Shown: in pieces, positions 19,493-29,623 of the stretch
Position numbering within the stretch: position 1 is the first letter of the stretch
How the letters are laid out: each line of letters opens with the position of its first letter
From: a bacterium
Lineage (GTDB): Bacteria > Patescibacteriota > Minisyncoccia > Sungbacterales > HO2-52-23
NCBI GenBank assembly: GCA_030697705.1
Contig: JAUYPE010000017.1
Span: 5,066-69,065 of the forward strand
Length of the DNA: 64,000 bases
Direction: 5' to 3'
Notes under the pieces: model-generated
Seen by the model: only the letters and a program-made list of their open reading frames with translations
Told to the model about the DNA's origin: nothing
The model's database searches: none
Position numbers and translations under genes: made by a program

Positions 19493-20182
19493 AAGACAAA
19501 GTATCAAAAAAACGGCAATACGCATCACTATACTTATTACCATTGCACGAAACGCAAAGACCCGAACTGTACTCAACCAGCCATAGAAGAAGATGAGCTT
19601 GAAAAGCAGATTGCCGCCGAGCTTGCCAAGCTGGAAATCCCCACTGATTTCAAGGATTGGGCTATGGCGCGCTTGCGTGATATGAATACGCAAGAGGTAT
19701 CAGACCGAGAACAGATTTGCGGTAACCAACGGCGCGAATACGATGCGTGCGTGCGCAAGGTCAATAATCTCATTGATATGCGAGCCAACGGCGAGATTGA
19801 CGAGGATGAGTTCAAAAACAGGAAGACCGCGCTTTTGGCAGAAAAGGCGCGGCTTCAAGAGTTTCTGAATGATACCGATAAGCGCGTGGACAACTGGCTT
19901 GAGATCGCCGCGCGCGGCTTTAATTTTGCGGAAAAAGCTCGTGGAGCGTTTGAAACGGGCGGCGCTGAGGTCAGGAAAGAGATTTTTGCCGCGTTAGGTT
20001 CGGACTTCCTGCTGAAAGACAGAAAATTAAGCATTTCACTGGATAATCTGCTGTTTCCGATACAAACTGCCGCAAAAGAAGCTCAAAACATTTCTACAAG
20101 GTTAGAACCTGCAAAAAACGCGATAGATAAAAAAGAAATCGGGCATTTATATGCCCGAAATCCTGTCATGCTCCGGCGGTAG
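19493..20182 (+). pseudogene. Large serine recombinase fragment (zinc ribbon and coiled coil only)
   Basis: YTYYHCTKRKDPNCTQPAIEE..LEKQI, NLIDMR..GEI...EF; catalytic N-terminus absent; stop codon lies within the antisense of tRNA-Asn. Confidence 0.85.
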
Positions 20183-20208
20183 GATTCGAACCTACGACCC
20201 ACTGGTTA

Positions 20209-20748
20209 CATGTATTCCATTATTTCCATAATGGCATGGACTATATCTTTACCGTATGGTTTTGCCAATGCTCGCCATGTAGGTACTCTGGTATCTAGTC
20301 TCTACGGAGCTCCCCGCTAAAAGGCAGGGTTCCCACGGTATTACCCGTCTTTGTGTCAAAAAGATTTGGGCTTCACCGTTATCCCAGAGAGTTCACTCTT
20401 GGGTTTCCCCAGGAGGCTGCGCTATGCCTGCGTGTATCTCTCGGTGACAATTCGCGCATACGAGAACGCATTTATTGATTTCCTTTTTGATCTTTTCCCA
20501 ACTGCGCGTTACTCCGCGCACCGAGATACCGAAATCTTTTTTCTTTGGGTCAAGATGATGAAAATCGAGCGCTCCCGCATAGCGTTTATAGCCACAAAGC
20601 TGACATTTGTCGCCCTCGTATTCACGTGCCATTGTGCAAAGTTTATGTCTTCGCTCTGAAACAGCTTTTCGCAGATACTCGGCACGATCGGCATACGTTC
20701 TTTTATCTGGCATGCATGGTTAAGTATACCAGACTGGCGAACTCGTTC
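20209..20748 (-). ncRNA. Group I intron (540 nt) at anticodon position 35/36
   Basis: 5' exon ends in U, intron ends in G; R element GTAGAGACTA (20296-20305) and S element AAGATATAGTCC (20238-20249); GCCAGTC near the 5' end is complementary to the 5' exon. Confidence 0.9.
20393..20713 (-). CDS. Intron-encoded HNH endonuclease
   Basis: CQLCGY...LDFHHLDP...KCVLVCANCHREIH; lies inside the intron. Confidence 0.88.
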   Translation of the reverse strand: MPDKRTYADRAEYLRKAVSERRHKLCTMAREYEGDKCQLCGYKRYAGALDFHHLDPKKKDFGISVRGVTRSWEKIKKEINKCVLVCANCHREIHAGIAQPPGETQE

Positions 20749-21413
20749 ACAGCCAGTCGCTCTACCACTGAGCTACGCCGGAATATGATTCTGGAAAAGT
20801 ACGTACCCTCACCATCCGCGACCAGTATAACAAGCGTGCGGAGGATTCGCAAGCAGGTGTATCCGTCCACCTCACATTGGACTTTTCTGATTGAGCGCTT
20901 ACCATAACCGGGACCGTCAATCGTTTTGCGTAAATAGTCCTGTGGATAAGTTTTTCTCGACGCAGCGTTCATGAAAGTTTGACCTGATCAGGATGCAAGA
21001 TTGCAATACTCGCATGATCATTGAGCTGAACTTCAGAAATCTCAAACTGTTCTTCGGTCTTGTTACCTCGCTTCCCCGATCAATCAATGGCTACCTCGCC
21101 AACTACTTTTATTCAATCCTTGCCTACGCGTTACGATAGTTTTCTTTTCTCCGTGATACCTTTTTCCTTCACCAATACGATACGCTTCAAAACTCACATC
21201 ACATGGGTCTGCTTTAGCGCACCCTGTTTATCTGGGGTTTGGGGAGTTTCGTAATTCAAAGAAAGAGTAATTAATAACGACATCATAATACCGGTACTTA
21301 CGTATGACAAGCATGGTTTTATCTACACCCTTCTTTTCAAAGGAACGCAGAAAAATGAACCTCCGACCAGCAAGCTGGTCGGAATAGTCTAGTTCAAGGC
21401 AGTATATTTCATC

Positions 21414-22637
21414 TTAGCGCACTTGCGGCGGTGCAATGCGATAAATGACTCCCGCTTTGTCGTCAGAAACATATAAGGCATGATCGGGACCGAACACGAG
21501 ATCAACTGGTCGCCCAAGCGCTTCGTTTTGCGCGGTTAGCCAACCGGAAATAAAATCTTCCATATTTTTATACGCTCTGGCCTTATCAAACTTCATCCGT
21601 ACCACCTTATACCCCGTCGGACGCGTCCGATTCCATGAACCGTGGTACGCGACCAAAAGATTGCCCGCATAGTCCTTCGGCCAGCCAGCATCGGACGGAA
21701 CGAACGCAAGACCCAGAGGCGCCGAATGTGCGGGAAGATCTATAAAACTCTCTGTTTCAAACGGCTCCATACACGGATTACGGATATACGTGTTGTGATC
21801 AAAATCCGTGTCGTGGATATTTTTGCCGTAGCAATTCGGCCAGCCGTAGTTCTTCCCCTCTTCCACAATATTAATTTCATCCGGCGGGATATTATCACCG
21901 ATCAAATCCCGGCCCATTTCTGTTACCCACATTTTTTTGGTTTCCTGGTGCCAGACAAAAAATACTGCATTGCGAAGCCCTCGCGCAAATTGGCGAAAAT
22001 CGCTTCCGTCTTTTTCCATCACATATATTGCGGCACGCCGCTGATCTTTTTCAATGCAGACATTGCAGGATGAGCCGATGGATACATAGAGCTGATTGTC
22101 CGGTCCAAAACCAATGGTACGGGTGAAGTGACCATCGCCGGATGGCAATGCGGCAGTTTTTTCCAGAACATCAGGACCATCTGCACCGAGTCGCAAACGC
22201 GATACTTGATGTTCTTCTGCAAAGTAAAGGTACTGTTGTGAGGAATCAGCGGGATCAAATGCAAGTCCATGAGGATTACGCAGTCCGGTTACGGCGTCAT
22301 CCTGATGCGTTACGGAGCCATTTTCCACCCGCAAAAATGTGATCGCTCCTTCGCCTGTTCGCGAGACCCACATATTACCTTCTTGATCAAATGCCATGAC
22401 CCGCACACCGGGCAAATTTTTCGCAAAGATTTCAATTGAAAATCCGGGAGGCAGCGCGAGTGGAAAACTTGTTTCATTTTTTCCTGCGGGATATTCGGTG
22501 ATTAGTTTTGCAATATCTTCCGGTGGACTTTTCAGTACCGGACTAATGCCACGAAGATTATGCCAATAAAAAACTCCGATCCGCGCCGCAAGCGCGATGA
22601 ATAAAACTGACGCAAGCGTGAGTGTTATTTTTTTCAT
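21414..22637 (-). CDS. PQQ-dependent sugar/sorbosone dehydrogenase family (beta-propeller)
   Basis: LPPGFSIEIFA, YVSIGSSCNVC, GLRN, PPDEIN, AHSAPLG, HGSWNR, GRPVD, SDD. Confidence 0.9.
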   Translation of the reverse strand: MKKITLTLASVLFIALAARIGVFYWHNLRGISPVLKSPPEDIAKLITEYPAGKNETSFPLALPPGFSIEIFAKNLPGVRVMAFDQEGNMWVSRTGEGAITFLRVENGSVTHQDDAVTGLRNPHGLAFDPADSSQQYLYFAEEHQVSRLRLGADGPDVLEKTAALPSGDGHFTRTIGFGPDNQLYVSIGSSCNVCIEKDQRRAAIYVMEKDGSDFRQFARGLRNAVFFVWHQETKKMWVTEMGRDLIGDNIPPDEINIVEEGKNYGWPNCYGKNIHDTDFDHNTYIRNPCMEPFETESFIDLPAHSAPLGLAFVPSDAGWPKDYAGNLLVAYHGSWNRTRPTGYKVVRMKFDKARAYKNMEDFISGWLTAQNEALGRPVDLVFGPDHALYVSDDKAGVIYRIAPPQVR

Positions 22638-22727
22638 TCTCCATCTCATAGATGATAAAACGAAAAATAGTGAAGCTCAAATAATCATATCACGGATGCG
22701 GCATGGCTGTGAGAAATCCTGATGCTA

Positions 22728-24641
22728 TTAGGGGCGCACATCAAAGCAGGTGATGCCCGTATCCCTGTCAGTACATTTTTTGAAGTCGGCGCCGTCAAAA
22801 CCGTTTTTCCAACCAGCTTTTTTTGAGTTAAAGTCGGTGTCGGTACCGAGTACCGCCGAGCCAAGGAGCTCAAGTGAGGTGCCAAGATGATAACTCTTGC
22901 GGTCAGGACTCGGGCTGTAATTATAGAGTACCGTCGTGGAGGCGGGATCGGTAGGTAAAACGGCAAGAAAACGAGGGGTAAGTAGTGAGAGTGAGGAGGG
23001 ATACAGCGGTGTCCTCTGACTTGCGGCATACTGCTGTAAACCTTGCGCGATTTGAGTAAGATCATTAATGCGGTGCATGTCGCGGAATTTTCTCTGCGCC
23101 TGAGCTACAACACCGCCCAACACCTCGGCGAGCGGTCGGGATCCCGCGGGCGACTTTACCTCATAGACCTTGTTGAAGTCGGTATACTTCACCGAAAGCT
23201 CAACAGTACCTCTAACCGCGGGATTTTTCTCATCCGCAACCGACAAATACACGAGTATGCGGCGCGGCAATAAATCTTTCTGTGAAAGCCAGATCTCCCC
23301 ATGCAATTTTTTGACCGCTCGTATTGCCTCATCGGCGGCGCGATCAATGTCAGCATCTACCGTAGGAGCAATACCCTGTTCCTGCCGTCGCGCATGCCCG
23401 ATAGCAACCAGTTCATTAAAAACTTGCGCGATGCCGGAGGAGGTTACATCAAAACCATAGTGCGAAGTGGCAACACCGTCTATGGATTCGTCGGCGAGTT
23501 CAGTTATGTTGGCAAGAAACGAAGTATTACCAATGATATCCTGAAAGCGTGCTATCTCCACGACGGTCAGTCCCGATGTGACCGATTGGGCAGGCGCTGG
23601 AGAATTATTCCCGGTAGGCCCGGATAGCGCGTCGCGAATATGGGCGAGATCAACGCTGATCCATTGATTTTTGATCCCACTCAAGTCAATCCCGATGGGC
23701 GGAATCTCGGTGAGTACTGCGTAGGCGGCACTTTGCGTCAGGCGCATCTCGCCGCCAAGAGAAAAGTCGCCGAACTCCTGCGAATTGACCGTTGCGCTCA
23801 CGGTGGCGCTTCCCAACGGATGGGTAGCGTTGTGGCGATCAAAAACGCCCTCCGCGTGGATTTTCAGGGAGACATTATCTTGAGATGATAAGCCATCTTC
23901 CGGAAAATCAGGTGAACCGGATGACTGGGCAAAAAGCGCTGAAAGAACATTCGCCGTTTCTTGAGAACCGGTTAAGGGAATGAGTAACGCCACACTTATT
24001 CCAGAGCTTGGTCCGGTTGCAGCAATGAGATCTGCGTTATAACGAAATGATGATGCGTTGAGTAAATTTTTGAATGCGGCGGGAATCGCCACCGCGGGCG
24101 CCTCCTTTCGGAAATACCGATAATAGAGAAATGCACCATAACCGGTCAGCATCACCAAGAGAAGCATGGTGACTATCCGCCTGCCTGTTCGTCTTCCCGT
24201 GCCTTCTCTTCCCGACAAAACCGAGGGGCTCCATGTCGCCGACGGGTGCAGTTGAACGGTATGTCCCGAATCCATGGAAGTCCTCATGCCCGCGGGTCTT
24301 TGTTCGGCGGGAACGACGAAAGGGGCCGTCGATCTTTGGGGTTGCTGGGGCAGGAGTGGTGTCGCGGAACGCTGTTGTTCTTTGGACTGAAAACGGGTGA
24401 TTCCCGGCGGCTGGTAGTTTGCCGAGGCGAATGGTGGACGCTCTTTTGGTATATTCCCACCGGGCATGAAGTCCACCGCTCCGCCCGATGCAGGGTGAAC
24501 CGTCGCAATAGCCATCTCGGTATCCTCGCGCGTCCAGCCGCCCGTTATGAGCGCTTCACGAATCTCGGCGACTGAAAAGCCGTTTTTGATCTGGGTTTCA
24601 ATGTAGGTGAGAATCTCTTTAGTGACCATAAAAGGTGGCAA
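22728..24641 (-). CDS. Membrane protein with a C-terminal GspG/pilin-like domain
   Basis: N-terminal GFSVAEIREAL..GW domain, Pro-rich linker, TM; C-terminal RD..RINDL.QI..GL..Y...YP.SL..L...LPTDP...Y.Y..LE. Confidence 0.7.
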   Translation of the reverse strand: MPPFMVTKEILTYIETQIKNGFSVAEIREALITGGWTREDTEMAIATVHPASGGAVDFMPGGNIPKERPPFASANYQPPGITRFQSKEQQRSATPLLPQQPQRSTAPFVVPAEQRPAGMRTSMDSGHTVQLHPSATWSPSVLSGREGTGRRTGRRIVTMLLLVMLTGYGAFLYYRYFRKEAPAVAIPAAFKNLLNASSFRYNADLIAATGPSSGISVALLIPLTGSQETANVLSALFAQSSGSPDFPEDGLSSQDNVSLKIHAEGVFDRHNATHPLGSATVSATVNSQEFGDFSLGGEMRLTQSAAYAVLTEIPPIGIDLSGIKNQWISVDLAHIRDALSGPTGNNSPAPAQSVTSGLTVVEIARFQDIIGNTSFLANITELADESIDGVATSHYGFDVTSSGIAQVFNELVAIGHARRQEQGIAPTVDADIDRAADEAIRAVKKLHGEIWLSQKDLLPRRILVYLSVADEKNPAVRGTVELSVKYTDFNKVYEVKSPAGSRPLAEVLGGVVAQAQRKFRDMHRINDLTQIAQGLQQYAASQRTPLYPSSLSLLTPRFLAVLPTDPASTTVLYNYSPSPDRKSYHLGTSLELLGSAVLGTDTDFNSKKAGWKNGFDGADFKKCTDRDTGITCFDVRP

Positions 24642-24770
24642 TACTTAAGAAGCGTTTCAAGAATGAGCGAGACGAGCAGTCCATGGAGCAAAGACGCCAT
24701 GCATCGCTTTTACCCCTGCCACAAGGATAAAATCATTTTCCGTCAGACCGTCCCGCTGGTAAAATACCAG

Positions 24771-25658
24771 TCATCGGTTTTGCTCCGCCAGATGCTTCAA
24801 CACCTCGCGTGAACGGTTTATGATCTCGATCGGCGAGCTATCTGCCTTGATAATGTAATCCACGGCACCGAGCGCCAAGCCGCGCTCCCGCTCTTCTTTT
24901 TGTCCGAGATTGGAGAGGATAAGGACAGGAATGGTTTTGTATTCCGGCGATGCCTTGAGTTCTTTGAGAAAGGCAAAGCCGTCTTTTTTTGGCAGAAGGA
25001 TGTCAAGGAGGAGGAGATCAACGGGACCGGCAGTGAGTATCTTCATCCCTTCATCGGTATCGTGTGCAATGGAAACCTTGCCGGCAGCCTGTTCCAATTT
25101 TGTCTTGAGCATCTCAAGAATGAACAGGTCGTCCTCAATAACAAGCAGATGCGCATTTCGCAAAGGATCACCCCCTGTCATGGCGAGAGCATCCGATTGC
25201 GGTGACAACACTCGGCTTGGCTCCTGATTCATCGGAGGAGGAGCGGCAACGGGGACGGGGGTGCTCAAAACGGTTTTTATTTTTACCAGCACCTCTTGAG
25301 GATCAAAATTAACCTTAACAAGATAATCGCGCGCGCCAAGGCGCAGAGCCCGTTCAATCTCAACGGGCTGCCCGGAATTGGAAATAATAACGACGGGAAG
25401 TGCAGGCATAATCGCCTGCCGCCCGAGCTCCTCCATCACCCAGAAGCCATCCCGCCCAGGAAGCATCATGTCCAAAAGCAAAAGGGCAGGGTGTGATTTC
25501 TTCACCAGCTGTATCCCCTCAATGCCGTTGGGTGCGACCTTGACCGCATACCCCGCCTCCTCCAGTTTTTTCGTCAGGAGCGAACTGATGATCTTCTCAT
25601 CTTCAATGAGAATGATGAGTTTTTGATCTGCATTTTTTTCCGCATCCTCAGTATCCAT
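24771..25658 (-). CDS. Tandem two-receiver response regulator without output domain
   Basis: Two REC domains (IEDE..LLDMMLP..ISN..YLVK; IEDD..LLDILLP..LSN..YIIK) joined by a Pro-rich linker; GGAGG before ATG 25658. Confidence 0.88.
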   Translation of the reverse strand: MDTEDAEKNADQKLIILIEDEKIISSLLTKKLEEAGYAVKVAPNGIEGIQLVKKSHPALLLLDMMLPGRDGFWVMEELGRQAIMPALPVVIISNSGQPVEIERALRLGARDYLVKVNFDPQEVLVKIKTVLSTPVPVAAPPPMNQEPSRVLSPQSDALAMTGGDPLRNAHLLVIEDDLFILEMLKTKLEQAAGKVSIAHDTDEGMKILTAGPVDLLLLDILLPKKDGFAFLKELKASPEYKTIPVLILSNLGQKEERERGLALGAVDYIIKADSSPIEIINRSREVLKHLAEQNR

Positions 25659-25787
25659 ATAATTTCCTCCAGTATATAAGAGTTTGCTCCGCAAAGAAAG
25701 CAACCGCCTCTCGGGCGGTGTGGATAACTTTATACCCATATGGTATACTGTTCCCGTGGATTGTTCTCTTATGTTATAACTGCTTTT

Positions 25788-26303
25788 ATGGATGCTCTAA
25801 ATGTCATAAACGGTATCGTGGTTAGTCTTGGCATCCCAACCATCATAGGGGTTGCTGTTTATATTGGTAGGAAGTTACAGATCCTAGAAGATTTAAAGGA
25901 TATTAGGGGAAGATTTAATGTTGTTGAGTCCAAAGTAGGCGATCTTTGGGCGGATAGGCTTGCTCCGGCAAAATCTCCGAGACAATTAAATGAAATGGGC
26001 AATAAAATACTGGGAGAAAGCGGGATTAAAGGAATTGTTGAGGAGAAAAGAGATGATTTACTCAAAATCATCAGAGAGAAGAATATAACGAATGCTTATG
26101 ATGCGGAGTTGGCGGTAATGGGAGTCATGAAAGAGCTACCCAAACATTGCCCTGATATTGTGGAGAAACTCAAAGATGGAGCTTTCAAAGTAGGAGCTAA
26201 CCCGGATACCTTGTTATTTGTAGGAGGGATTTATTTGAGAAATCTGATCTTTGAAGATTTAGGATTTGCCCTGAATGACCTAGATAAAGCAAAAGATACC
26301 TAA
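25788..26303 (+). CDS. Hypothetical protein with N-terminal TM
   Basis: TM, then SPRQLNEMG.KIL..SG; AT-rich. Confidence 0.7.
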   Translation: MDALNVINGIVVSLGIPTIIGVAVYIGRKLQILEDLKDIRGRFNVVESKVGDLWADRLAPAKSPRQLNEMGNKILGESGIKGIVEEKRDDLLKIIREKNITNAYDAELAVMGVMKELPKHCPDIVEKLKDGAFKVGANPDTLLFVGGIYLRNLIFEDLGFALNDLDKAKDT

Positions 26304-26363
26304 TAATAGACCCGTCCCCTTATAATTTTCGTTACGAGATGTTCAGATTTCGAGCGAGACAAA

Positions 26364-26410
26364 ACAAAAATCTTTCGACATATACGCTGTATATGTCGAA
26401 AGATTTTTGT
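26364..26410. repeat. Perfect 22-bp-stem palindrome
   Basis: ACAAAAATCTTTCGACATATAC-GCT-GTATATGTCGAAAGATTTTTGT. Confidence 0.85.
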
Positions 26411-26491
26411 AAAGTCGTAGCCGAAATGTGAACATTGCAGTAGAAAGGTTATAAGGGGACAGGTCTTATGTTTGAAGTAAAGAAAGTAAAC

Positions 26492-26525
26492 AAAAAAGGT
26501 CGCCTCGTCCAAGGTGACCTTTTTT
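26492..26525 (-). terminator. rpoD terminator (likely bidirectional)
   Basis: AAAAAAGGTCGCCT...AGGTGACCTTTTTT just past the rpoD stop. Confidence 0.7.
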
Positions 26526-26539
26526 GTTTTTGTGAGAGT

Positions 26540-27805
26540 TTAATACTCCAGCAATTTATGCGCGGAGTCGTGGGTGCGGATGCGCTCAAGCGCCTTTGCC
26601 TCAATCTGGCGGATGCGCTCGCGCGTTACGCCAAACTCCCGTCCCACCTCTTCCAGCGTGTGCGTAATGCCGTCGTCCATGCCAAAACGCATGGCAAGGA
26701 TTCTCTTTTCGCGGTCGGTCAGCTCGTCAATAATCGCCATCAGCTGGTCACGCAGGAGCCGCCGCGCCGCAACTTGCGAAGGCGAGAGCGATTTTTCGTC
26801 TTCAATAAATTCGCCGAGCACCGACTCATCGTCGTCCTCGCCCACGGGCGCCTCCAACGAAACGGTATCCTGCGCTATTTTTTCAATCAAGTGCACTTTT
26901 TCAAGCTCAATATTCATCTCGGCGGCTATTTCTTCCGGAAGCGGTTCGCGCCCCAGATCCTGCACAAGGCGGCGGCGCACCTGCTGGTATTTTGAAATCG
27001 TCTCCCCCATGTGGACGGGAATGCGAATCGTCCGCGCCTGGTCGGCAAGCGCGCGGGTAATCGCCTGTTTGATCCACCACGTTGCGTAGGTTGAAAATTT
27101 ATACCCCCGCCGATAGTCAAATTTCTCCACCGCCTTAAAAAGCCCGATGTTGCCTTCCTGAATAAGGTCAAGCAAGCTCAAGTGCGACGAGCGGCCGACA
27201 TATCTTTTGGCGATAGAAACCACCAGGCGAAGATTGGCCTGCGTGAGTTTTTTGCGTGCCTCGTCGTCGCCCTTCTCAATGCGCCGCGCCAGCGATTTTT
27301 CCTCATCACCGGTGAGCAACGGAATGCGCCCGATCTCGCGCAAATACATCTGCACGGAGTCCTGGCTTAACTGGTCAAAGTCAATCGCCGCTTCTTTTCG
27401 TGCACCTTTCGCTTTAGCGCTTTTTTTGCCCATGGGAACGGTCTGTTTTTCTATCTCTTCTATCAATTCCTTGCTTTCCAGCACGTCAATATTGCCTTTT
27501 TCAAATCGCGTATAGAGATCCTCTAAAAGAAAAATATCATCCTCAATTTTCGGGAAGTAGTAGAGAATTTCGGAATAAGTAACGAAACCGCGGTCGCGTC
27601 CCCGCTTCATAAGCGTCTGCACTTTCGCCTCTATCTCCACGGCGCTCGCCAGTTTTACCTTCAATGGAGGCACGGTTTTTTTTGGTTTCTTCATTATTGC
27701 GCCCGTTTTTTTCTTTTCTTTCGGGCGCGCATGTCTTTTTCGCGCCGGACGCGTACGCGGGGGGGATGGTTTTTTATGCGTTTTCTTTTTTGGTTTGGCG
27801 GCCAT
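26540..27805 (-). CDS. rpoD: RNA polymerase primary sigma factor
   Basis: [60 protein letters not shown]. Confidence 0.97.
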   Translation of the reverse strand: MAAKPKKKTHKKPSPPRTRPARKRHARPKEKKKTGAIMKKPKKTVPPLKVKLASAVEIEAKVQTLMKRGRDRGFVTYSEILYYFPKIEDDIFLLEDLYTRFEKGNIDVLESKELIEEIEKQTVPMGKKSAKAKGARKEAAIDFDQLSQDSVQMYLREIGRIPLLTGDEEKSLARRIEKGDDEARKKLTQANLRLVVSIAKRYVGRSSHLSLLDLIQEGNIGLFKAVEKFDYRRGYKFSTYATWWIKQAITRALADQARTIRIPVHMGETISKYQQVRRRLVQDLGREPLPEEIAAEMNIELEKVHLIEKIAQDTVSLEAPVGEDDDESVLGEFIEDEKSLSPSQVAARRLLRDQLMAIIDELTDREKRILAMRFGMDDGITHTLEEVGREFGVTRERIRQIEAKALERIRTHDSAHKLLEY

Positions 27806-27815
27806 GTGTAAAAAA

Positions 27816-29597
27816 TTATGAGCTTAATGCGCGAAGGAGTTCCGAAGTATTTTTAAATTCGCCGAGCAGTGTGGCAACATCCTCGCGGTTCCCCTTGCCC
27901 TCCTGTTCATGGATGCGTCCCGCGAGCGCACCCAGCCGCTCTTTGGCACCCTCTTTCTCCAACTCGCGCCGGCAGAGTGCAAGCTCAACCGCGAGATCTT
28001 TGTCTTTCGCCATCTCGGCGATTGCGTCTCCCTTAAATTGCAAAATAGCAAGCGCATTCGACGGAGCTCCCTCGCTCCCCTCTTGCGGTGATGCACCGAC
28101 ATCGGTGAGGAGATGGAAAATTTCCTTATGCCTAGGCGAGAAGAGTGAAATAGTCTCACCCGCACTCGCCTCGGCCGTCCGCACCGCCGGATCCATCAGC
28201 GAAAGAAGTGCTAAATAACGCTCTTCCAACAAAGCGCGCCGACCCGAAACCGGCTTCACCGGCTCGTTCGCCGCGGGAGCTTGTTCCATCGGTCTGTTTG
28301 TCTCAATAGGCGTTCGCCGCTCCAGCTCTTTGCGAATCGCCTCTTCCGGCACAATCAAACGCCGCGAGAGCTCTCCTATCCAATGCGCCCGCTCTACCTC
28401 GTCGGTCAGCTCGCGAAGAAACGGCAGAAGCAGAGCGGTAATCGCTTTCTTGCCCGAGGCGGTCGCCGGATTCTCCCGCGCAAAAGCCCGTTCCGTATAA
28501 AACTCAACCACGGGCTTAGCTGTCTCAACCGCGCGCGCCCATGCCGCCGGGTCTTCCCGCACGGTGTCGGCAGGGTCATTCCCCGAGGGAATATGCGCCA
28601 CACGGCGGTCAAAGTCAAACTGCGCCGCAAGCGCGAGCGACCGCCTCGTCGCCGACTCCCCCGCCCCGTCCGCATCAAACGAACACACCAGCGTCTCGGC
28701 AAGACGTCGCAGAATCTTTAGTTGCTGGACCGTCAGCGCGGTGCCGGATACGGCGACGGTGTGGGTCACTCCCGCCTGGTGCGACATCACGCAGTCCATG
28801 TAGCCCTCCACAATGACGGCGGTATTTTTTTTGCGAATCTCTTGGCGCGCACGGTCAAAACCATAGAGCACGGATGATTTATCATAGAGCGGCGTCTGCG
28901 GCGTATTAATGTACTTTCCGCCCGAGGCGGACCCGCCTTGGGCGGGTGCTTTTGGATCTTCAAATATCCTGCCGCCGAATCCGATGACCTTCCCGCTCGG
29001 GTCGGCGATTGGGAACATGATTCTGCTTCTGAAGCGGTCGTACCACGAGCCGCGCTCCGGTGACTTTATCGCCAGTCCCGCCTTCCCAATTTCTTCCTGC
29101 GTGAATCCTTTTGTCCCAAGGGCGCGGGAGAGCGTCTCCCAGCTCTGCGGCGCAAAGCCGATGCGAAAGTTTTTGATCGTTTCGGGTGTAAGACCGCGTT
29201 CAGACAAATAGTTCTGAACATCGGATGCTCGCCCAAGTTCGATGATAAAAAACTGCGCCGCACTTTCGCAGAGAGCTCCCAGCCGCCCGCGCTCGGAGCG
29301 TGCCTGCGGATTCTCGCGGCGGATGATGACGCCCGTGCGCTCCGCAAGAAGGTTTAATACCTCGGGAAAACTATGCCCCTCCATTTCCATTAAAAATTGA
29401 AAAACATCCCCCCCTTTTCCGCATCCGAAGCAATGCCAGCTCGCCCGCGCGGGCGAGACGAAAAACGACGGCGTTTTTTCTCCGTGGAAGGGGCAGTTCG
29501 CCTTGTAGTTCACCCCGGCTTTTTGCAACCGCACATACGACTGGATGAACTCCACGATATCAAGCCGTGCTTTGATTTCTTCCGCTGGTGTGGGCAT
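27816..29597 (-). CDS. dnaG: DNA primase (carries a 10-aa palindromic insert)
   Basis: [15 protein letters not shown] zinc finger, GFGGR, KYINTP, VEGYMD, TOPRIM DAD. Confidence 0.97.
   Translation of the reverse strand: MPTPAEEIKARLDIVEFIQSYVRLQKAGVNYKANCPFHGEKTPSFFVSPARASWHCFGCGKGGDVFQFLMEMEGHSFPEVLNLLAERTGVIIRRENPQARSERGRLGALCESAAQFFIIELGRASDVQNYLSERGLTPETIKNFRIGFAPQSWETLSRALGTKGFTQEEIGKAGLAIKSPERGSWYDRFRSRIMFPIADPSGKVIGFGGRIFEDPKAPAQGGSASGGKYINTPQTPLYDKSSVLYGFDRARQEIRKKNTAVIVEGYMDCVMSHQAGVTHTVAVSGTALTVQQLKILRRLAETLVCSFDADGAGESATRRSLALAAQFDFDRRVAHIPSGNDPADTVREDPAAWARAVETAKPVVEFYTERAFARENPATASGKKAITALLLPFLRELTDEVERAHWIGELSRRLIVPEEAIRKELERRTPIETNRPMEQAPAANEPVKPVSGRRALLEERYLALLSLMDPAVRTAEASAGETISLFSPRHKEIFHLLTDVGASPQEGSEGAPSNALAILQFKGDAIAEMAKDKDLAVELALCRRELEKEGAKERLGALAGRIHEQEGKGNREDVATLLGEFKNTSELLRALSS
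28917..28946 (+). mobile_element. 30-bp twin-hairpin element inserted in-frame in dnaG
   Basis: TCCGCC-CGA-GGCGGA CCCGCC-TTG-GGCGGG, encoding [10 protein letters not shown]; removal restores ...KAKYINTP. Confidence 0.85.
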
Positions 29598-29623
29598 AGG
29601 GAAAGTGAGATATTGCCTCCATT

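Larger units (their letters stand above)
15948..20177. mobile_element. Decayed genomic island integrated at the 3' end of tRNA-Asn
   Basis: CTCCGGC direct repeat at 15948-15954 and 20171-20177 (tRNA acceptor end); integrase remnant at the right end; defence/TA-like cargo. Confidence 0.7.
20171..20782 (-). tRNA. tRNA-Asn(GUU), split by an intron; exons 20782-20749 and 20208-20171
   Basis: Joined exons TCCGGCGTAGCTCAGTGGTAGAGCGACTGGCTGT^TAACCAGTGGGTCGTAGGTTCGAATCCTACCGCCGGAG form a canonical cloverleaf with anticodon GTT. Confidence 0.92.

Noticed and set aside
20960-21290. Coding-like minus-strand sequence upstream of tRNA-Asn
   Set aside because: Only short frames broken by stops and no recognisable family; possibly a decayed gene, but unsupported.
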